Shown here piece by piece: positions 59,602 to 64,000 of a stretch of DNA of 64,000 bases. The notes under the pieces are model-generated. The model had not been told where the DNA came from and searched no databases. It was given only the letters and a program-made list of their open reading frames with translations. Made by a program: the position numbers and the translations under genes. Numbering within the stretch: the first letter of the stretch is position 1; each line of letters starts with the position of its first letter. The DNA comes from Synergistales bacterium (GTDB lineage Bacteria > Synergistota > Synergistia > Synergistales > JAFGMB01), in assembly GCA_963666205.1 (NCBI GenBank), contig OY762654.1, positions 2,528,001-2,592,000 on the forward strand, written 5' to 3'.

Positions 59602-60541
59602 AAAGAGAAGTACCGGTGAAGCTTTTGCCCCTGCTCTGATCGATATGGGGAAGACCCAAGATGACATTGTACTTATAGAGGCCGATTCAGGTTCTTCTAC
59701 AGGTGGATATGTTTTTGGTGAGTCCTTTCCAGAAAGATATTATAATGTTGGAGTTGCAGAACAGAACCTTATGCTTACTGCAGCAGGTTTTGCTCTTACT
59801 GGAAGAAGGGTTTTCGCTTCATCCTTCGGTTCTTTCCTTGTAGGGAGAGCATATGATCAGATAAGAAGCTCCATTGCCATACCGGCCCTGCCTGTAAGAC
59901 TCATATCTACTCATTGCGGGGTGACAGTAGGAGAAGACGGCTCTGCTTACCAGATGCTTGAGGATATATCTCTTATGAGAGCTCTGCCCAATGTTACTGT
60001 TCTTGTACCTTCTGATCATAATTCAGCTTTCAGGTTGATACAAGTCGTTGGTGAATATGAAAGGCCGGTTTATATTCGACTTGGATCTTTCCCCTTGCCT
60101 TCTATATACGAAGTTTCTGATACCGATTTTATTCCCGGAGGAGGTCGTCTCCTTGTAGAGGGAACAGGAGTAACCATATGTGCCTGTGGTATCATGGTTC
60201 ATGAAGCTCTTAAAGCAGCAGAGATACTTGCCCAGCAGGACCTGAGTGCCGAAGTTATCGATTGTTACAGTATAAAACCACTGGCGGCTCAGGTTATTCT
60301 GGCATCTGTAAGAAGAACAGGATGTTGTGTTGTGGCAGAGGAACACTCCTGTAGAGGAGGCCTGGGGGAAGCTGTAGCCTCACTTGTTTCCAGGAATTAT
60401 CCTGTGCCGGTGAAATTTGTTTCCGTAGAGGACCGCTTTGGTCAGAGTGGGGCCCCTGAAGAACTGCAGGAATACTATGGTCTTACAGGTACCGAGGTCG
60501 TCAGTGCGGCTGTGCAGGCCTGGACCATGCGCAGGAGGTAG
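59591..60541 (+). CDS. Transketolase-like protein, C-terminal subunit, atypical active site
   Basis: GVAEQN, RAYDQIR, THCG..VGEDG, YIRL, AEEH..GGLG and FGQSG. Confidence 0.9.
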   Translation: MQNEKRSTGEAFAPALIDMGKTQDDIVLIEADSGSSTGGYVFGESFPERYYNVGVAEQNLMLTAAGFALTGRRVFASSFGSFLVGRAYDQIRSSIAIPALPVRLISTHCGVTVGEDGSAYQMLEDISLMRALPNVTVLVPSDHNSAFRLIQVVGEYERPVYIRLGSFPLPSIYEVSDTDFIPGGGRLLVEGTGVTICACGIMVHEALKAAEILAQQDLSAEVIDCYSIKPLAAQVILASVRRTGCCVVAEEHSCRGGLGEAVASLVSRNYPVPVKFVSVEDRFGQSGAPEELQEYYGLTGTEVVSAAVQAWTMRRR

Positions 60542-60549
60542 TGGTTGTA

Positions 60550-61245
60550 ATGGATATTCGTATGGCTGGCATTACAAAGACATTTAAACCTGATATCGTT
60601 GCTCTTGAAGATGTTTATCTCAATATAGACAGAGGGGAATTCGTATATCTTGTTGGAGCCACAGGGTCAGGCAAAACAACCCTTCTCAGGCTTATAACGA
60701 GAGAAATTGTCCCATCCAGAGGGCAGATAGTAGTTGCTAAAAGAAACCTGCGGAAACTGAGGTCTTCACACCTTCCCTATTACAGGAGAGATCTTGGAGT
60801 TGTCTTCCAGGATTTCAAGCTCCTTCCCCATCTTACAGTCTATGAGAATGTTGCTTTTGTACTTGAAGCCATGGGAATTCCTTCAAGGATAGTTAAAGAA
60901 AGAAGCGAACAGGTCATAGATGAAGTGGGTTTATGGAGAATGCGTAAGAATTATCCCCTGCAGCTTTCGGGGGGTGAACAGCAGAGAGTTGCTATAGCAA
61001 GGGCCATGGTCAATTCTCCTGCCATCTTTCTTGCGGATGAACCTACGGGTAATCTGGACTTCCATACCTCTGAATCTATAATGAAACTTCTCCTTTCAAT
61101 AAATGCTGCAGGTACAACTGTTATCGTTGCAACCCATGATCAGTATCTTGTCGATGCCTATCGCCAGCGAGTGGTAGAATTGCATGAAGGAAGGATCAGG
61201 AGAGATGAAGAAAAAGGACGGTATTTCGTAGATGGCGAGCTTTAA
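60550..61245 (+). CDS. ftsE: Cell division ATP-binding protein FtsE
   Basis: [26 protein letters not shown] and ADEPTGNLD. Confidence 0.94.
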   Translation: MDIRMAGITKTFKPDIVALEDVYLNIDRGEFVYLVGATGSGKTTLLRLITREIVPSRGQIVVAKRNLRKLRSSHLPYYRRDLGVVFQDFKLLPHLTVYENVAFVLEAMGIPSRIVKERSEQVIDEVGLWRMRKNYPLQLSGGEQQRVAIARAMVNSPAIFLADEPTGNLDFHTSESIMKLLLSINAAGTTVIVATHDQYLVDAYRQRVVELHEGRIRRDEEKGRYFVDGEL

Positions 61246-62116
61246 CTATGCGCTAAGGGATACGTTCAGGTTAATATTTCGCCATTGGGGTTTGAGTATT
61301 CTTACCCTGGTAACGGCGGTTTCTCTTTTCTTTCTTCTTGGTTCTTCTGCCCTTTTTTCCCTTAACGTGAAAAACATTGTGGCGGATGTGGAAAATGACC
61401 TTGTGATAACTGTTTTTATGAGGGCTGGAGAGGATGTCGTTCCTCTGCTGTCAACCCTTCAGGATGCAGAATTTATTGATGACATAAAGGCTATTTCCCC
61501 GGAGGAAGGTTTATCAATTCTGAAGTCCAAATTGGGAGATCAGGCCAAGGCAGTTTCCCTACTTGGAGAGAATCCTCTTCCATGGAGTGTCCAGATTATG
61601 GTAAAGAGGGCCGATTACGCTACCCCCCTTGTCAGGGATCTTATGTCATTCCCCTCAGTGGAAGAGGTAGTTTACGCCGGTCAGCTTGCAGAAAAACTGT
61701 CAAGGGCTTCCTATATGATGAACAGGGTATCCCTTGCAGTTCTGGCTCTTGCGATAACCATAACTGCCCTGGTACTATACAATACTGTAAAAATAGCCAT
61801 TTATTCAAAGAGACGGGAAATATCAGTTATGCTTCTTGTTGGTGCCACAAAATCTTTTATCGCCTTTCCCTTCGTGCTTCAGGGGATGTTTCTCAGTACA
61901 ATTGGAGCTTTGTCCGCTGTTGCACTTCTTGCCATAGCTTACCCGGTAATTGGGAATATGATTCATAATACCCTGATGTTCATAAATGTACTTGATGATC
62001 GGGATCTCCTCTTAAGACTTTACCTTATCCTGGTGGGAACTGGAATGACTCTGGGGTGGTTGTGCAGCTGGTTTGCAGTTCATCGCTATATCGTGAGCGC
62101 AGGAAGCCCTGATTGA
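61232..62116 (+). CDS. ftsX: Cell division permease FtsX
   Basis: ENPLP, NTVKIAIYSKRREI.VM.LVGA and FPFVLQG. Confidence 0.93.
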   Translation: MASFNYALRDTFRLIFRHWGLSILTLVTAVSLFFLLGSSALFSLNVKNIVADVENDLVITVFMRAGEDVVPLLSTLQDAEFIDDIKAISPEEGLSILKSKLGDQAKAVSLLGENPLPWSVQIMVKRADYATPLVRDLMSFPSVEEVVYAGQLAEKLSRASYMMNRVSLAVLALAITITALVLYNTVKIAIYSKRREISVMLLVGATKSFIAFPFVLQGMFLSTIGALSAVALLAIAYPVIGNMIHNTLMFINVLDDRDLLLRLYLILVGTGMTLGWLCSWFAVHRYIVSAGSPD

Positions 62117-62136
62117 TCGTAAGTGGGGGTATATAT

Positions 62137-63360
62137 ATGAAGAATGCAAGGAAAGTCACTTTCTCTTTCTTGGCTATACTATTAGTCTTTTATGCTCTTT
62201 CCCTTCCGGTCCAGGCCGCATACGGCGAGGCTACCGGTTCTCCCCTTGATGGAAAGATCTCCAGGGAAGAAAAGAATATGGAACGCCTGGAAAAGCAGGT
62301 GAACTACCATAAGAAAGCAGTTGTAGACACTCAGAAAAAGGAGAAAAGCGTTCTGGAACAGCTCTCCGTCTATGACCAGAAACAGAAACTTGCCCAACAG
62401 AAGATCAAACTTCTTGAATTAAAACAGGAAAAGGTCAGTAATACTATTACGGAACTGACGGATCAGATAAGAACAGCAGAATCGGATATACTTGTGATGA
62501 AAGATGCTCTTAGAGATAGAATGATCGCAATTTACAAGTACGGTGGTTTGACAGAGCTTAATCTCCTTGTGACTGCTAAAAGTTCCCACGAGGCCCTTAC
62601 CGCATCCTATCTCCTCTCACAGATAGCAAAACAGGACCAGGAAATGATCGAAAGTATGGCTCGAGAAAAAGAACAGTTGGAAAACGCAGCAGAAACCCTT
62701 CTTCATCAGAAGACCACCCTGAAGGAGCAGTCCAGTGAGCTTGTAATCCAGAAGGAATCTCTTTCCCGTGAAACATCCAGCAGGAATGCCCTTCTACAGA
62801 AACTTCGCAAACAGAAAGCCCTTCACCTTGCTGCTGCCAAAGACCTTGAACGTTCTCAAAAGGAGATAGAAAAGAAGATATCCCTTCTTTTGAACAAGAA
62901 GAGACAGGCAGAAGCCCAGAGGAATGCTTCTACCGGGAAAACAAGGACTAATATAACCTATATGAATTCCGGCGGTAAATTTTCGTGGCCTACTCAGGGT
63001 AAGATAACCAGCAGGTTTGGAACAAGGATTCATCCTGTGTTTAAAACAAAGATAATGCATACCGGGATCGATATCTCTACAAGAAAGGGTACCCGTGTCA
63101 AGGCTGCAGAATCCGGAGAGATCCTTTATTCCGGCTGGCTTAGAGGTTATGGCCAGATAATAATTATCGATCACGGACATGATTTGACCACTGTTTATGC
63201 CCACCTGGATTCCATTGCAGTAGATGAGGGTATGGGTGTTAAAAAGGGACAGGACATCGGAACCGTAGGAAGCACCGGTGTTGCAACCGGACCCCACCTT
63301 CACTTTGAAGTGAGATTCAATGGAGAAGCCAGGGATCCCTTAAAGTATCTTTCCAGATAA
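62137..63360 (+). CDS. Coiled-coil M23 peptidase (EnvC-like architecture)
   Basis: Signal peptide, long coiled coil, HTGID..YAH..GPHLHFEV; follows ftsX. Confidence 0.9.
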   Translation: MKNARKVTFSFLAILLVFYALSLPVQAAYGEATGSPLDGKISREEKNMERLEKQVNYHKKAVVDTQKKEKSVLEQLSVYDQKQKLAQQKIKLLELKQEKVSNTITELTDQIRTAESDILVMKDALRDRMIAIYKYGGLTELNLLVTAKSSHEALTASYLLSQIAKQDQEMIESMAREKEQLENAAETLLHQKTTLKEQSSELVIQKESLSRETSSRNALLQKLRKQKALHLAAAKDLERSQKEIEKKISLLLNKKRQAEAQRNASTGKTRTNITYMNSGGKFSWPTQGKITSRFGTRIHPVFKTKIMHTGIDISTRKGTRVKAAESGEILYSGWLRGYGQIIIIDHGHDLTTVYAHLDSIAVDEGMGVKKGQDIGTVGSTGVATGPHLHFEVRFNGEARDPLKYLSR

Positions 63361-63383
63361 AATAGATATTGGAGGAACCAGTT

Positions 63384-64000
63384 TTGAAGATTACCAGAAA
63401 AAACAATATCATAAAGTTCTTTGTAGTTTTACTACTTATCTCCACCGCAGGACTTATTCTGGCAGCCAATGCAGGAGATTTTACAGACCTCTCAAGAATA
63501 ACCCCCTTTCAACCAAAGTCCCTTTGGTTGATGAAACAGGCCAGGGCTATTATAGAGACCTATCATGTGGATGCCGAAAGCGAAGATGTTACTGAGGACG
63601 ATCTTGTCTATGGGGCGCTTAAGGGAATGGTTTCAGCCTGGGGTGATCCCTATACCCGTTTTGTTGACCCCCAGAGTCTCAAGGATGAAGAAATAGAGAT
63701 GAAGGGTGAGTATGGTGGACTGGGGATCTATATAGGTCAGAGAGATGGAATGACCATTGTCATCAGCCCCATTGAAGATACTCCGGCAGATAAGGCTGGA
63801 CTCAAGCCTAAAGATCAGATCGTTAAGATCGAAGATGAAATGATTCTGGGCTGGGATTCCCATGAAGTTGTAAAACGGTTAAGAGGCAAATCGGGAACAA
63901 AGGTCACTATATGGGTGAGGAGAGAAGGAGAGGATTCTCTTCTTCGTTTTGATATTGTGAGGGAAATCATCAAACTGCGATCCGTAAGATTCGAAATGCT
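63384..64000 (+). CDS. S41 C-terminal processing protease (3' partial)
   Basis: Own translation from TTG 63384 after SD ggagga: YGALKGMV..GDPYTRF..YGGLGIYI..SPIEDTPADKAGL (PDZ); runs off the window. Confidence 0.9.
   Translation, partial: MKITRKNNIIKFFVVLLLISTAGLILAANAGDFTDLSRITPFQPKSLWLMKQARAIIETYHVDAESEDVTEDDLVYGALKGMVSAWGDPYTRFVDPQSLKDEEIEMKGEYGGLGIYIGQRDGMTIVISPIEDTPADKAGLKPKDQIVKIEDEMILGWDSHEVVKRLRGKSGTKVTIWVRREGEDSLLRFDIVREIIKLRSVRFEM

Overview
A gene-dense chromosomal core region, almost entirely on the + strand, from a diderm anaerobe with Firmicutes-like regulation. CodY, RNase J, CsaB and an SLH-porin occur together with a lipid A pathway, which best fits Synergistota (inference). 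In order it holds: the end of hslU and codY; S1/DUF501/Ppx; three tRNAs (Lys, Glu, Thr); and a ~31 kb outer-membrane/LPS cluster headed by an alternative sigma factor (bamA, lpxDC-fabZ-lpxA, kdsC, lptF/G, lpxI, lpxB, msbA, lpxK fusion, kdsAD, waaA, GT4/GT9 genes, ADP-heptose genes). It continues with an SLH-domain porin with a long structured leader, pfkA, transaldolase, rho, pyrG, an lptC/lptD-like operon, greA, rnj, uppP, maf, DUF5693-csaB, a split transketolase-like pair, ftsEX, an M23 peptidase and a partial S41 protease. No mobile element, CRISPR array or rRNA was seen. The most notable observations are: a transketolase-like pair missing several invariant active-site residues next to csaB; three LpxB-fold modules, one fused to LpxK; a frameshifted DHS-like gene after waaA; two candidate structured RNA leaders; and an unnamed paralog pair of secreted proteins. 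All calls come from motif recognition by eye; no searches were run.
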